Below are positions 20,626 through 30,998 of a stretch of 64,000 nt of DNA, piece by piece. The DNA comes from Spirulina sp. (GTDB taxonomy: Bacteria > Cyanobacteriota > Cyanobacteriia > Phormidesmidales > Phormidesmidaceae): NCBI GenBank assembly GCA_044070495.1, contig JBIPSI010000001.1, forward strand, positions 1-64,000, in the 5' to 3' direction. Within the stretch, counting starts at the first letter, position 1; every line of letters begins with the position of its first letter. Both the position numbers and the translations under genes were made by a program. The notes under the pieces were generated by a model. It made no database searches, was not told the DNA's origin, and saw nothing but the letters and a program-made list of their open reading frames with translations.

Positions 20626-21720
20626 ATGACGTGGGACGCGATTGTGGTTGGGGCCGGAATGAGTGGCATTACCGCCGCCCAGCGGTTGTCCCAGGCGGGA
20701 TATCGGGTGTTGGTGCTGGATAAATCACGGGGGCTGGGGGGGCGCATGGCCACCCGCCGGGTGTCGTGGCCCGATGCAACAGACTCGCTGGTAGGCCCGG
20801 TGACGGTGCCCGTTGACCATGGCTGTCGGTTTATTCAGCCTGGGGGGGCACTGGAGGCAGACTGGCCGACAGATTGGCTGGCCCAGGGGATTCTGCAACC
20901 CTGGCAGCCAGCGGAATTTTCCCTGGGGGCCGATGGACGGTGGCAACCCCGCACTCAGACGACTGACCCAGGCCCGTACTACGTGGCCCCCCAGGGCATG
21001 AACACCTTCGCGAAGGCCCTGGCAACGGGGCTATCGATTCAGCGCCAGAGTCGGGTTACCCAGGTGACGCCCACCGATCAGGGCTGGCGGGTGGACTGGG
21101 TTGAGGGGGCCGAGGAAGCTTTGGCGGAACCGCTGAAGGCGAGAACGGTCGTGTTGGCCCTACCAGCGGGCCAGATTGTTTCCTTGGTGGCGGCCAATCA
21201 GCATCCTGCTCTGGAACCCTTTTTAGCGGCGGCTGAGGCGGTCATTTTCGACCCCGTGATTACCGTGATGGCGGGCTATGCTCCGACGGCCCCAACGCAC
21301 CTGACAGAACCCAACCCCGCAGGGTGGATGGGGTGGGGGCAGGGCCATCCGGTGCTGCGCTGGATCGCCCTCGACAGCGGCAAACGTCCTGAGCCGCCCT
21401 ACCCGGTGGTGGTTGCCCATAGCACGGCCTCCTTTGCCCATGACCACTTTGAAGCCGAGAATCTCGATGCGGTGGGGCAGCACATTCTGGAACAAGCCGC
21501 TCAATCCTTAGAACCTTGGCTGGGGCAGCCCGATTGGATGCAGGTTCACCGCTGGCGCTACGGCTTTGTAAAAAAAGCACACCCCACCGAGATTCTGGTC
21601 ACCGAAGCGGTGCCGACCTTGGTAGGGTGTGGAGATTGGTGCGTTGGAACGGGGGCAGAGGGGGCGCTGCGTTCTGGAGCCGCCGCTGCCCAACACATTA
21701 TTCAGAACTTGGAACCCTAG
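20626..21720 (+). CDS. Renalase-like FAD-dependent oxidoreductase
   Basis: GAGMSG, DKSRGLGGRMATRR, DHG, HRWRY, CGDWC...EGALRSG. Confidence 0.9.
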   Translation: MTWDAIVVGAGMSGITAAQRLSQAGYRVLVLDKSRGLGGRMATRRVSWPDATDSLVGPVTVPVDHGCRFIQPGGALEADWPTDWLAQGILQPWQPAEFSLGADGRWQPRTQTTDPGPYYVAPQGMNTFAKALATGLSIQRQSRVTQVTPTDQGWRVDWVEGAEEALAEPLKARTVVLALPAGQIVSLVAANQHPALEPFLAAAEAVIFDPVITVMAGYAPTAPTHLTEPNPAGWMGWGQGHPVLRWIALDSGKRPEPPYPVVVAHSTASFAHDHFEAENLDAVGQHILEQAAQSLEPWLGQPDWMQVHRWRYGFVKKAHPTEILVTEAVPTLVGCGDWCVGTGAEGALRSGAAAAQHIIQNLEP

Positions 21721-21786
21721 CCGGGAAAGTCTAAAAGCAAGAACCTAGACCTACCCCAGCCCTTAGCAGATAACGAAACCTAACGA

Positions 21787-21969
21787 CTAAATGCTAGCCG
21801 CAGAGTAGTCGCTACCTTCTTTGTTAGCGTTGTCGCCGCCTTCCTCATCGGCTCCTCGGTTGTTCCGCTTAAAGAAACGCTGACCCCCAGAGCGCTTTTT
21901 GCGGAACTTGCGGGCATAGGCTTGGTTTCGCAGAGCTTTTTCTTTCTTGGGATTGCGACGCTTCGACAT
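21787..21969 (-). CDS. Small basic hypothetical protein
   Basis: MSKRRNPKKEKALRNQAYARKFRKK; GAGG SD upstream; Lys/Arg-rich N-half and acidic tail. Confidence 0.7.
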   Translation of the reverse strand: MSKRRNPKKEKALRNQAYARKFRKKRSGGQRFFKRNNRGADEEGGDNANKEGSDYSAASI

Positions 21970-22390
21970 TATTCAGTAACCTCAGACAACAGGGCAGCCG
22001 TGATCGGAATTAGAAGGCACTCAAGGAAAGAAGTATGTAGCCAGACCCCACGAAACACTGAGATGTTAAGGCGTTGTGTTTCGTGGCAATGCCTAGAGCC
22101 TGGACGATCTGCCCAAGTAGGAGCCAGGGAATCACCCATCACATGACCAGAGGTTAACTGTAACACATCTATGCAAGCCCCCTCGGCGATTCCGGCAAAT
22201 CTCTAGAAAAAGGCTCCGGACAAACCCCGGCTCGGCCCCTGGCTCGGCTGAAGGGTTGCCCTAGGGAAGATTGGCCCTTTGATGAGTCCACCTCGACGAT
22301 TTCAAGGTCTAGGAATTCGGGATCATATCAAGGGCTGGGGATCGGGAGTTTCTCAAGGCCTAGGAATCGGGATCTTCCTAAGGGATGGAG

Positions 22391-23101
22391 CTAAAAATCG
22401 ATGGCGGCTTGGAAGGCATCCCAGGCGAGAATGTCTTGCACTAGGGATTGATAGCCCAGCACGTTGGGATGGAGGCCATCGGCAGAAAGACGCGCCTGCC
22501 ACCAGGCGTCCCCTCGGTGCAGCCAGAGATCCAGGATGTCTAGGTAGGGAATGTTGTGGCTTGCGCAGATGAGGCGGGTGGACTCTTTGTAGCGCCACTG
22601 CTCGCGCTGGGAATAGTACAAGACCTCGGAGAAGGGCATGGCGGCTTCGTTAACGGGCACCATGCCCACAAACAAAACGGGGCAAAACTGATGGGCCTCG
22701 GCCAATAATTCGGAGATCGTCTGTTCAAAGTCGTCAAAGTCGGTGTAGTTGCGGCCTAGGGGACGGCCCACCCTGGCCGAGTCGTTGGTGCCCACGGAAA
22801 TCACCAGTCGGTCGGGGAGGCGGTTGCGGATTTCCCCCCGATGGCGAAATTCGTGGGCTAGGCGGGTCTGCACTTGGCCAGCCCTATCCCCCCGTACCCC
22901 CAGGTTGTAAAAAACGGCCCCAGGGGTGCCCGGTTCCATGGCCCGCCGCCGCAGTCGTTCGACCCAGCCCCCCCCTTCCGGGTCGCCATAGCCATAGACC
23001 AAGCTATCGCCAACCACCACCACCTTCTGGGGATGGGTCAGCCGTGCCGGAACGCCAGAGTGGGGTTGGGAAGGGGTGATGGGGGATGAGGTGGCGACCA
23101 T
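22391..23101 (-). CDS. GDSL/SGNH hydrolase
   Basis: GDSLVYG, NLGVRG, GTND, DGLHPN. Confidence 0.92.
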   Translation of the reverse strand: MVATSSPITPSQPHSGVPARLTHPQKVVVVGDSLVYGYGDPEGGGWVERLRRRAMEPGTPGAVFYNLGVRGDRAGQVQTRLAHEFRHRGEIRNRLPDRLVISVGTNDSARVGRPLGRNYTDFDDFEQTISELLAEAHQFCPVLFVGMVPVNEAAMPFSEVLYYSQREQWRYKESTRLICASHNIPYLDILDLWLHRGDAWWQARLSADGLHPNVLGYQSLVQDILAWDAFQAAIDF

Positions 23102-23459
23102 ACAGAGATTCCCAAGACCGAGAACAGCAGAGATAATGGAGCCTCAAACGCTCCCCTCGATTGACTAGAGCCAGCGATCAGGGCATCCGTAAGGACGATC
23201 TCCCTGGTCTAGCTAACCATAAATGTTTCAATAGTTTACGAGAGAACCTGATGGTTTACGAGGGCAGGTAATCGCTTAAAAGGCTGAGAGAATCAGCGAA
23301 AGGGCGATTCTAGGCGGTTTGACACTCTAAAGCAAATCCAAAGTTTTGCCGATCTTCAAAGACTTGGGTTTTAGGATGCCATAGAGCGACGCCCCTATTT
23401 TTTGGTCATCGCATTAAATTCTGCTTCTTCCCCTCGCGCCTCCCCTGTGGAGATCGGCT

Positions 23460-24449
23460 ATGCAAAAAATCCCGGCCCCCTTCTGGACTCTGATCATCGG
23501 GGTCATCGTGACTCTGGTCAGCCTTTGGTATGGGCAAAACAACCACCTGCTGCCCGTTCAAGCCTCGGAACAAGCGCCCCTGGTGGATGACTTTTTTAAT
23601 GTTATGGTCACCATTGGCACGGCCCTGTTCATTGTGGTGCAGGGTGCGATTATCTATTCCTTGATTCGCTTTCGTCGCCGCAAAGGGGATGATACCGACG
23701 GCCTACCCATTGAAGGCAATCTGCCCCTAGAAGCCTTCTGGACGGCGATCCCCGCCATCATCGTGGTCGGCTTAGGACTCTACAGCGTCGTGGTGTTTCA
23801 AGACATGGGTGGCTTTGCCCCCGGTGGTCACCACCACGGTGGCGGCATGATGATGGCCCAAGCCCCCCAGAAAACCATGGTAGACGTGGGTTCCCCCATG
23901 CTGGCCCAGGCCGGAGAGGGGAGTAAAGACCGCCAGGTCTACGGCTTTGGCGCATCGCCCATGGTGGAGGGCAATCAGCCTGACCTAACGGTGAACGTCA
24001 CCGGGATGCAGTACGCCTGGATTTTCCGCTACCCCGACACGGGCATTGTGGATGGTGAACTCCATGTGCCCATTGGCCAAGATGTGCAGTTGTTGATCGA
24101 GGCCCAGGATGTGATCCATTCCTTCTGGGTGCCCCAATTCCGCCTCAAGCAAGACGCCCTGCCGGGACAACCCGCCGAACTGCGCTTTGTGGCCACCAAG
24201 GAAGGCACCTATCCCGTCGTCTGCGCCGAACTCTGCGGAGCCTACCACGGCGGCATGAGAACCCAGGTAATCGTCCACTCCCTGGAAGACTACGCCGCCT
24301 GGGAAGCCAGTCGCGTCGCCGAACTCCCCGGTGCCTCTGAAACCGTTGCCCTAAATCCCGCAACCCTGACCGACGCCGAATACCTAGCCCAAATCGCCCA
24401 AGATATCCCCATCGAAGCCACCCAACTCGCCCAACTCGCCCAACCGTAG
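23460..24449 (+). CDS. ctaC: Cytochrome c oxidase subunit II
   Basis: DVIHSFWVP and CuA motif CAELCGAYHGGM. Confidence 0.97.
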   Translation: MQKIPAPFWTLIIGVIVTLVSLWYGQNNHLLPVQASEQAPLVDDFFNVMVTIGTALFIVVQGAIIYSLIRFRRRKGDDTDGLPIEGNLPLEAFWTAIPAIIVVGLGLYSVVVFQDMGGFAPGGHHHGGGMMMAQAPQKTMVDVGSPMLAQAGEGSKDRQVYGFGASPMVEGNQPDLTVNVTGMQYAWIFRYPDTGIVDGELHVPIGQDVQLLIEAQDVIHSFWVPQFRLKQDALPGQPAELRFVATKEGTYPVVCAELCGAYHGGMRTQVIVHSLEDYAAWEASRVAELPGASETVALNPATLTDAEYLAQIAQDIPIEATQLAQLAQP

Positions 24450-24700
24450 GGTGGGCACCGCCCACCATCACCCCCAACCGTAGGGTGGGCACTGCCCACC
24501 ATCACCCCATTGGTTAAGCAAACTCCTCCCGCCAATTGGAAAACCCATAGGTTGGGTTTCACCCAACACCCAGCCCTCGCCAATGACGACCAACCCTAAC
24601 GACAAAAAAACTTGATGCCAAAAATCCCCTATGTTGGGTGCCGCTAGCGCTTTACCCAACCTACCGTCCAACAACCAATAACCAATAACCAGCAACCAAT
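24440..24700. repeat. REP cluster (two tandem 34-bp GTAGGGTGGGCA units, a second REP doublet, heptamer repeats)
   Basis: CCAACCGTAGGGTGGGCAC(C/T)GCCCACCATCACCCC x2; TAGGTTGGGT..ACCCAAC ... CCCAACCTAC; AATAACC repeats. Confidence 0.8.
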
Positions 24701-24734
24701 CCCGTACCCAGACGTTTTTAACCAAACCCCCTTT

Positions 24735-26378
24735 ATGGCTCAAGCAGACATTTCCCTCAACAGTCCTGTGGCCCCCCACGGACATCCCGACAAATGGAAG
24801 TGGTACGACTACTTCACCTTTAATGTGGATCACAAGGTGATTGGGATTCAGTATCTCGTCACCTCGTTTTTGTTTTACCTGGTCGGCGGTTTCATGGCGG
24901 TGATGCTGCGGACGGAACTGGCTACGCCGGATTCTGATTTCCTCAGCCCCGAACTCTACAACGCCTTTCTCACCAACCACGGCACGATCATGATCTTTCT
25001 GTGGATTGTGCCCGCCGCCATCGGGGGATTTGGCAATTACTTAATTCCCCTCATGATTGGGGCGCGGGATATGGCCTTCCCCAAGCTCAATGCCATTGCC
25101 TTTTGGCTCAATCCTCCCGCTGGGGCGTTGTTATTAGGCAGTTTCTACTTTGGCGGTGCCCAAGCTGGGTGGACATCCTATCCGCCCCTGAGCGAAATTA
25201 CCGCCAACGCTGCTCAGACGATGTGGATTTTGGCCATTGTGCTGGTGGGAACCTCCTCTATTTTGGGTTCCGTTAACTTCCTAATCACGATCTGGAAGAT
25301 GCGGGTACCCAGCATGAAGTGGGATCAAATCCCCCTGTTCTGTTGGGCCATGGTGGCGACCTCCATCCTGGCACTGTTTTCCACTCCCGTCCTCGCCGCT
25401 GGACTAATTCTGCTGCTGTTTGATATCAACTTTGGCACCTCGTTTTTTAAACCCGATGCAGGCGGCAACGTGGTTGTGTATCAACACCTCTTTTGGTTCT
25501 ATTCCCACCCGGCGGTGTATTTGATGATTCTGCCCATCTTCGGCATCATGTCGGAGGTGATTCCCGTCCATGCCCGCAAGCCAATTTTTGGTTATAAGGC
25601 GATTGCCTATTCATCGCTGACCATCTGTTTTGTGGGCCTATTTGTGTGGGTTCACCACATGTTTACCAGCGGTACGCCCCCCTGGATGCGGATTTTCTTC
25701 ACCATTTCCACCCTCATTGTGGCGGTACCCACGGGGATCAAAATCTTTAGCTGGGTGGCTACCCTCTGGGGCGGCAAAATTCGTTACACCACGGCCATGC
25801 TGTTTGCGGTGGGGCTGCTGTCGATGTTCGTGTTTGGTGGCCTTAGCGGTGTTACTTTGGGCACTGCACCGTTTGATATCCATGTCCACGACACCTACTA
25901 CGTGGTGGGCCATTTTCACTACGTGCTATTTGGCGGTTCGGTGTTTGGAATTTATTCAGCGGTGTACCACTGGTTCCCAAAAATCACCGGGCGAATGCTG
26001 AATGAAAAACTGGGCCAAGTTCACTTTGTCCTCACCTTTATCGGCACCATTCTCACCTTCACCCCCATGCACGCCTTGGGAATGCAGGGAATGCCCCGCC
26101 GCGTGGCCATGTATGACGCGCAATTTACTGACCTGAATCAACTGGTGACCGTGGGTGCCTACATCCTTGCTGTTTCGGTGATTCCTTTCTACATCAACGT
26201 GCTGTGGAGTTGGAGCAAAGGCCCCAAGGCAGGCGATAACCCCTGGAATGCCCTCACCCTGGAATGGACGACGGCCTCTCCCCCGATCATCGAAAACTGG
26301 GAAGTGCTACCCGTGATTACCCATGGCCCCTATGAGTACGGCCATGACCCAGAGGAGGAATTAGAAACGGTGTCCTAA
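24735..26378 (+). CDS. ctaD: Cytochrome c oxidase subunit I
   Basis: DHKVIGIQY, HLFWFYSHPAVY, VWVHHMF, HDTYYVVGHFHYV. Confidence 0.98.
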   Translation: MAQADISLNSPVAPHGHPDKWKWYDYFTFNVDHKVIGIQYLVTSFLFYLVGGFMAVMLRTELATPDSDFLSPELYNAFLTNHGTIMIFLWIVPAAIGGFGNYLIPLMIGARDMAFPKLNAIAFWLNPPAGALLLGSFYFGGAQAGWTSYPPLSEITANAAQTMWILAIVLVGTSSILGSVNFLITIWKMRVPSMKWDQIPLFCWAMVATSILALFSTPVLAAGLILLLFDINFGTSFFKPDAGGNVVVYQHLFWFYSHPAVYLMILPIFGIMSEVIPVHARKPIFGYKAIAYSSLTICFVGLFVWVHHMFTSGTPPWMRIFFTISTLIVAVPTGIKIFSWVATLWGGKIRYTTAMLFAVGLLSMFVFGGLSGVTLGTAPFDIHVHDTYYVVGHFHYVLFGGSVFGIYSAVYHWFPKITGRMLNEKLGQVHFVLTFIGTILTFTPMHALGMQGMPRRVAMYDAQFTDLNQLVTVGAYILAVSVIPFYINVLWSWSKGPKAGDNPWNALTLEWTTASPPIIENWEVLPVITHGPYEYGHDPEEELETVS

Positions 26379-26380
26379 CC

Positions 26381-26441
26381 GTAGGGTGGGCATTGCCCAC
26401 CTTGTCCCTCAATTCTCAATGGTGGGCAATGCCCACCCTAC
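26381..26441. repeat. GTAG REP doublet
   Basis: GTAGGGTGGGCATTGCCCACC-spacer-GGTGGGCAATGCCCACCCTAC. Confidence 0.85.
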
Positions 26442-26468
26442 ATGCTGTCCCTTCGCCCCTAATTCCCT

Positions 26469-27065
26469 ATGCAAGGTACGATTGACTCTGCTACGCCCGC
26501 CGTCGCCCATGAGGAACATCAGGATCTTCGGGTTCTGGGGTTGCTTACGTTCCTGGCCTCGGAATTTTTGATGTTCGCCGGATTTTTTGCGGTGTTTCTG
26601 GTGTTCCGTAGTTCCATTGCCGAATGGCCCCCTAAGGAAACCGAGGTCGAGCTTTTGCTGCCTGCGGTGAACACCTTTATTCTGGTTTCCAGCAGTTGGG
26701 TGATTAACCTCGGCACGAAAGCTATTAAAAAGAATGATCTGGCTAAAATGCGGCTTTGGTTTGGCATCACCGCCGCCATGGGGGCCGTCTTTTTGGTGGG
26801 GCAAATCTACGAATACTTGACCCTAGGCTATGGCCTTAAAACCAACCTATTTAGCAACTGCTTTTACCTAATGACGGGCTTCCACGGATTGCACGTTTTC
26901 ATTGGCTTGCTGCTGATTTTGGGTGTGCTGTGGCGTTCTCGTCGGGCGGGGCATTATAACGATGTCACTCACACCGGGCCGGAGATGGCCGAAATCTACT
27001 GGCACTTTGTTGATGTGGTGTGGATTGTGTTGTTTACGCTGATCTATTTGCTAACGCTGTTTTAA
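26469..27065 (+). CDS. ctaE: Cytochrome c oxidase subunit III
   Basis: FLASE, TGFHGLHV, YWHFVDVVW. Confidence 0.97.
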   Translation: MQGTIDSATPAVAHEEHQDLRVLGLLTFLASEFLMFAGFFAVFLVFRSSIAEWPPKETEVELLLPAVNTFILVSSSWVINLGTKAIKKNDLAKMRLWFGITAAMGAVFLVGQIYEYLTLGYGLKTNLFSNCFYLMTGFHGLHVFIGLLLILGVLWRSRRAGHYNDVTHTGPEMAEIYWHFVDVVWIVLFTLIYLLTLF

Positions 27066-27069
27066 TCGG

Positions 27070-27215
27070 TAGCCATAGAGGTATGTCCTAATTAAACGAT
27101 GATTCCCCCTATCTCTCTGATCAAGGGGGGAATTGTCGTGAAACTTAGGCCGTTAAGCACGAGGAAGATCTAGAACCCAACAATGGTGCATCTCGCACTA
27201 TCAAGAACTGCTATA
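27070..27215. repeat. Diverged ATAGC..GCTAT-type repeat
   Basis: GATCTAGAACC...GAACTGCTATA shared with 8676-8825. Confidence 0.65.
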
Positions 27216-27309
27216 TCTTGCGACACTCGTTCATAGGATACTTTGACTTTTATGTTGTATTCATGAAGCAGAATCCTAGGTTCTTGCAACAGCAATAGGG
27301 ACAAAAAGG

Positions 27310-29841
27310 CTACTGGTTAAGGCACCTATCGGTCTGGTTGAGAATGGCGGGATAGAGGTCGGCAAACCATTCGTTGGATACGGCCTTTTCGCTGTCGCTG
27401 GCCAGATATTGGTTAACCATTGTCCGCCACTGCGGGTCGTTTTCTGGCAGGGCGAGGCCGTAGAATTCGCAGGTGAGGGGCTGGTCGGGGAAGAGGGAAA
27501 AGTCTTCCGGGGATTTCCCTCCTAGGATCAGCGTGGCGTAGGTCAAAATGCCATCCCCCACAAAGGCATCAATGCTGCCCGATTGTACGGCCTGGATGGC
27601 GGTTTCGCGCCCCTCTGGCCCGGAGAAGGTGACCCGTTCGGCGGCGGGATAGGTGGTTTGCACAAAGGTTTCGGTGGTGGTGTTGCGGAGCACCCCTAGG
27701 CGCAATCCAGCTAAGGACAGGTTGGGGTTGACTGGGGTAGCCGGATTCGCCAGGGTCAAAAATCGGGCGCTGCTGACGAAAATGGGACTGGAGAAAACAA
27801 CCCCCGGTAGGTCGGTGCGGAGGGTGTTGGGGCCACATTCTAGGTGAACGAAGCCGTCTTTTACGAGGTCGTAGCGGTTGTCTAGGGTGGAGGTGAGTTC
27901 TACGACCTGAATGGGGGTATCGCGCTGCAACTGCTCGGTTAGATAATTCCCCAGAGACAGGGCCAAATTGCCGCAGTAGCCATCCCAGGAGCCATCTCGG
28001 TCGATGAAGCCGAAGGGAGCCGCGTCCTTACGCAGGCCCACCTTTAGGACTCCGGTTCGTTCAATTTCGGCCAGCACGCTTTCATCCCGTGGGGGCGGGG
28101 TAGGGGCTAGGGCGGCGGGAATCACCGGGGTGGGGGGCGCGGCACCATAGGCGGCTTCGAGCTGGTTGGCGGAGAGGGCGGAAATGATATTCACCGCCAT
28201 GGGCTGGTCGGTGCTGAGAAATTCGCCATAGCGGGCCGTGAGGTAGGGCAAAAATTCGCTTTGGCCGCGCAGATGGGCATTCCAAAAAGCAACGCTGAGT
28301 CCTTTGTAATAGCGAGAACCAATGTCTCGATGCTGCCCCGCCAGCAGTTGAAAAATTCCCCCAGCCCCATCTCGTCCGGGTTTGGAGGTAAAGTGGGTAC
28401 CGCGTTCAAAGATGGCAAAATACTTGGGCTGAGTTTGCAGCCACACAAAGGGATGAATTTGCTCGGTAATCACTGTGGAAACAATATCGTTTTCCCCGGA
28501 CACCATCAGAATGGGCACGTCAATTTGGCCAAAACCCTCTGGGCCATACAGCCCCCCACCCACGGCATGGGCGGCCACAATGGCCTTCACCCTAGGGTCT
28601 TGAAGTTCGTAGTTTTGGGGTGGCAAAAATCGGGCACGGCACTCTAAATAGAGCGCAAAGTTGAAGATGACGTTCTCCTGATCGCAGTTCGCTATGAGGC
28701 GGTTGTAGTTGATTTCTGCCCCCGCCAAGGCCAGGGCTGTGGAGGCCCCTAGGGAGTCTCCCACCACGCCAATGCGGTTTATATCGGCCACCGCTGCCCA
28801 TTCCGGTGAAGCAGCGCTAAGTTCCTCCAATTTGTCGATTAAGAAGGAGATTTCCTGGGGTCGATTGATGAATTCCATCGGGCTGAGGAGGGTATTCAAT
28901 TGCCCGTTTAAATAGGTTTGGCGGTAGGCCAAATCGCTGCCCACATGATCGGGCAAAATGACAATAAAGCCGTAGGAGGCCAGGTGCTCTGCCAAGAACG
29001 TAAAGCTCTCTTTGACATCTCCAAAACCGTGGGAGATGATCACAATGGGGGCGGGTTCGGTTAACCCCGTGGGCAGGTAAATATCGGAGTCGTAGTCGTA
29101 GTTGACGGTGAACCCCGCCGCCGTTTGGCGGGCGGCGGGATTGGTGACCGTGATAGTGTCCTTTTGGAAGGCGTAGGGGCCAGGTTGGCTGAGGTCGGGC
29201 AAGGCCGCTGCATTCAGATCGGCTTGGGTCTGGGCTTCCGCCACCGCCTGGGCCTGAATGGCGGCATTGGCGGCCCGGTTGTAGCTGAAATACAGGGCCA
29301 ACTCGCGCCGCAGGGCCAGCAGATCCATCAGGTCAACGTGGATAGCCTGGGCCGGAAAGGCTCGCAACACATCGATCATCGTCCAGCCCTCAGCATCCGC
29401 CTGAGCCGCCGCATTAATCACCGCCGCCCGCAGGGCAATGTGCCCATTTTGGCCCGGTATAGTCTGCACCACCTTGCCCAGGTTAAACAGCACATCTCGC
29501 CCCAGGGGAGAGTAGGCCAAGTTATCCACGGTGGCGACATCTAGGGGCAGCGGCAAGGTGAGACCCCTCTGCATTTGCTGGATTAAGGACTCGTTTAAAA
29601 CCCCTCGATAGAGCCTCATGCTGGGGGGAATCTCCCCCGTTGTCGCCAGGGTTTCGAGATCATCTACCGAAATACTGAGTACCAGTGGCCCGGTTACGTT
29701 AATGCGAATGTCCTCGGCACTGTGACTAGGGCGGGGGTGAATGGCATCGGTTAGCACAGCCCCGGCAAGGGCAGCGACGGCCAGACTGGTGTGCAGAAAA
29801 CCACGGTGCAGAAAACGGCGGAATCGAGCGGTGTGGGCCAT
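27310..29841 (-). CDS. DUF1400 + alpha/beta hydrolase fused to a C-terminal SBP_bac_3-like domain
   Basis: AEDI N-domain, SHGFG, PDHVGS, GDSLG, GTHF; then GVLKVGLRKDAAPFGF...HLECGPNT...AFVGDGIL...CEFYGLALP. Confidence 0.85.
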   Translation of the reverse strand: MAHTARFRRFLHRGFLHTSLAVAALAGAVLTDAIHPRPSHSAEDIRINVTGPLVLSISVDDLETLATTGEIPPSMRLYRGVLNESLIQQMQRGLTLPLPLDVATVDNLAYSPLGRDVLFNLGKVVQTIPGQNGHIALRAAVINAAAQADAEGWTMIDVLRAFPAQAIHVDLMDLLALRRELALYFSYNRAANAAIQAQAVAEAQTQADLNAAALPDLSQPGPYAFQKDTITVTNPAARQTAAGFTVNYDYDSDIYLPTGLTEPAPIVIISHGFGDVKESFTFLAEHLASYGFIVILPDHVGSDLAYRQTYLNGQLNTLLSPMEFINRPQEISFLIDKLEELSAASPEWAAVADINRIGVVGDSLGASTALALAGAEINYNRLIANCDQENVIFNFALYLECRARFLPPQNYELQDPRVKAIVAAHAVGGGLYGPEGFGQIDVPILMVSGENDIVSTVITEQIHPFVWLQTQPKYFAIFERGTHFTSKPGRDGAGGIFQLLAGQHRDIGSRYYKGLSVAFWNAHLRGQSEFLPYLTARYGEFLSTDQPMAVNIISALSANQLEAAYGAAPPTPVIPAALAPTPPPRDESVLAEIERTGVLKVGLRKDAAPFGFIDRDGSWDGYCGNLALSLGNYLTEQLQRDTPIQVVELTSTLDNRYDLVKDGFVHLECGPNTLRTDLPGVVFSSPIFVSSARFLTLANPATPVNPNLSLAGLRLGVLRNTTTETFVQTTYPAAERVTFSGPEGRETAIQAVQSGSIDAFVGDGILTYATLILGGKSPEDFSLFPDQPLTCEFYGLALPENDPQWRTMVNQYLASDSEKAVSNEWFADLYPAILNQTDRCLNQ

Positions 29842-29912
29842 AGTAAGTCAGGGGTGGGTAGGAATAGAAATGGTGGATAGTTGAGGGCTGGATTGAGGGC
29901 ATGGAACGCCAC

Positions 29913-30998
29913 TCATCCCGTTAACGCCTCATCATTTTCAGCGGTTGCAGGGGCAAGGCTTTCGTTCGGCGATCCCGATCCCATCAGTTGCGCTAAAAGC
30001 TGGGTTTCGGGGAACGGCTCTAGTAGCAAGGTTTTGACCATCACCGTTAGCGGCAGGGCCAAGAATGCGCCAATGGGGCCTAAAATCCAGGCCCAAAAGA
30101 CTACAGCCAAGAAGGTAACAATGGTGGAAAGATCAAGTCCTTTGCCCAGGTAGCGGGGGGCAATGGCAATGTCGAAAAAGTTGTTAATCAAAGTGTAGCC
30201 TACGGCAAAGATAAGCGCCTTGGACCAGCCGAGGGTGAGTAGCGCAATCAGGGTAGGGGGAATTAAAGAAATGTAAAAGCCCACATTGGGAATAAAATTG
30301 AATAGGAAGGAAAAAACACCCCATAAAATCGCGAAATTAATCCCCAAAAGGCCCATAAGAACGATCTGCAACAGGGCGGTTAAGGCTCCTAGCCAGCTTT
30401 TAATCAACAGGTAGGTGCTAATGCTGCTAGAAAAGGAGCGAAATCGGGCCAGCATTGGCGGATCGGTGGCCAGTCCATGGTGCAGGCGACCAGAAAAGTT
30501 GGGGGCGCTGGCCAGCATATAAATGAAAATTAGCAGGGTAAACCCAACATTAGAAACCGTGCCCAACAACGCCGAAACGAAGTACAGCAAAGCTTGAAAA
30601 ATTCGTCCCGGCTGAAACCACTCTAGATCTTTAATATCCTGTCCCTGAATTCCCCGACTATCGAGCCATTGAACGAACTCAGTAAGCTGTTGATCAATCA
30701 GGTTGCGATAGGTGGGTAGCTCGGCGGAGAGCTGGGCTAGGGAAGCCGCTAAAAACAGAATCAACACCAGGCCAGAGACAATCACCCCCAGCAATACCAG
30801 GGTGTAGGCCAGCCAGCCCGGTAGCCCCCGCGCCTTGAGCCACTGCATCAGCGGAGTGGTGACCATCGCCACAAACAGGGACAGCAAAATAGGACTCATC
30901 AAGTCCGAAACGGCACGCAGCCCTGCCACAATTAGCACCAAACTAGCCAGCCCCAGCAGTAGGGGGATAATGCCACGTTTTTCTAGGGATGTCGTCAT
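29913..30998 (-). CDS. AI-2E family transporter
   Basis: PILLSLF...FNFIPNVG...FWAWILGPIGAFLALPLT. Confidence 0.9.
   Translation of the reverse strand: MTTSLEKRGIIPLLLGLASLVLIVAGLRAVSDLMSPILLSLFVAMVTTPLMQWLKARGLPGWLAYTLVLLGVIVSGLVLILFLAASLAQLSAELPTYRNLIDQQLTEFVQWLDSRGIQGQDIKDLEWFQPGRIFQALLYFVSALLGTVSNVGFTLLIFIYMLASAPNFSGRLHHGLATDPPMLARFRSFSSSISTYLLIKSWLGALTALLQIVLMGLLGINFAILWGVFSFLFNFIPNVGFYISLIPPTLIALLTLGWSKALIFAVGYTLINNFFDIAIAPRYLGKGLDLSTIVTFLAVVFWAWILGPIGAFLALPLTVMVKTLLLEPFPETQLLAQLMGSGSPNESLAPATAENDEALTG

Noticed and set aside
21970..22170. 6S RNA or a known riboswitch
   Set aside because: No match to consensus features I can recall; kept only as an unknown structured leader.
23822..23860. 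His/Met-rich insert in CtaC as a novel metal site
   Set aside because: Cyanobacterial subunit II commonly has a variable insert here; nothing further supports novelty.
24440..24508. 34-bp direct repeats as a CRISPR array
   Set aside because: Only two abutting copies, no spacer, GTAG REP sequence, no cas genes.
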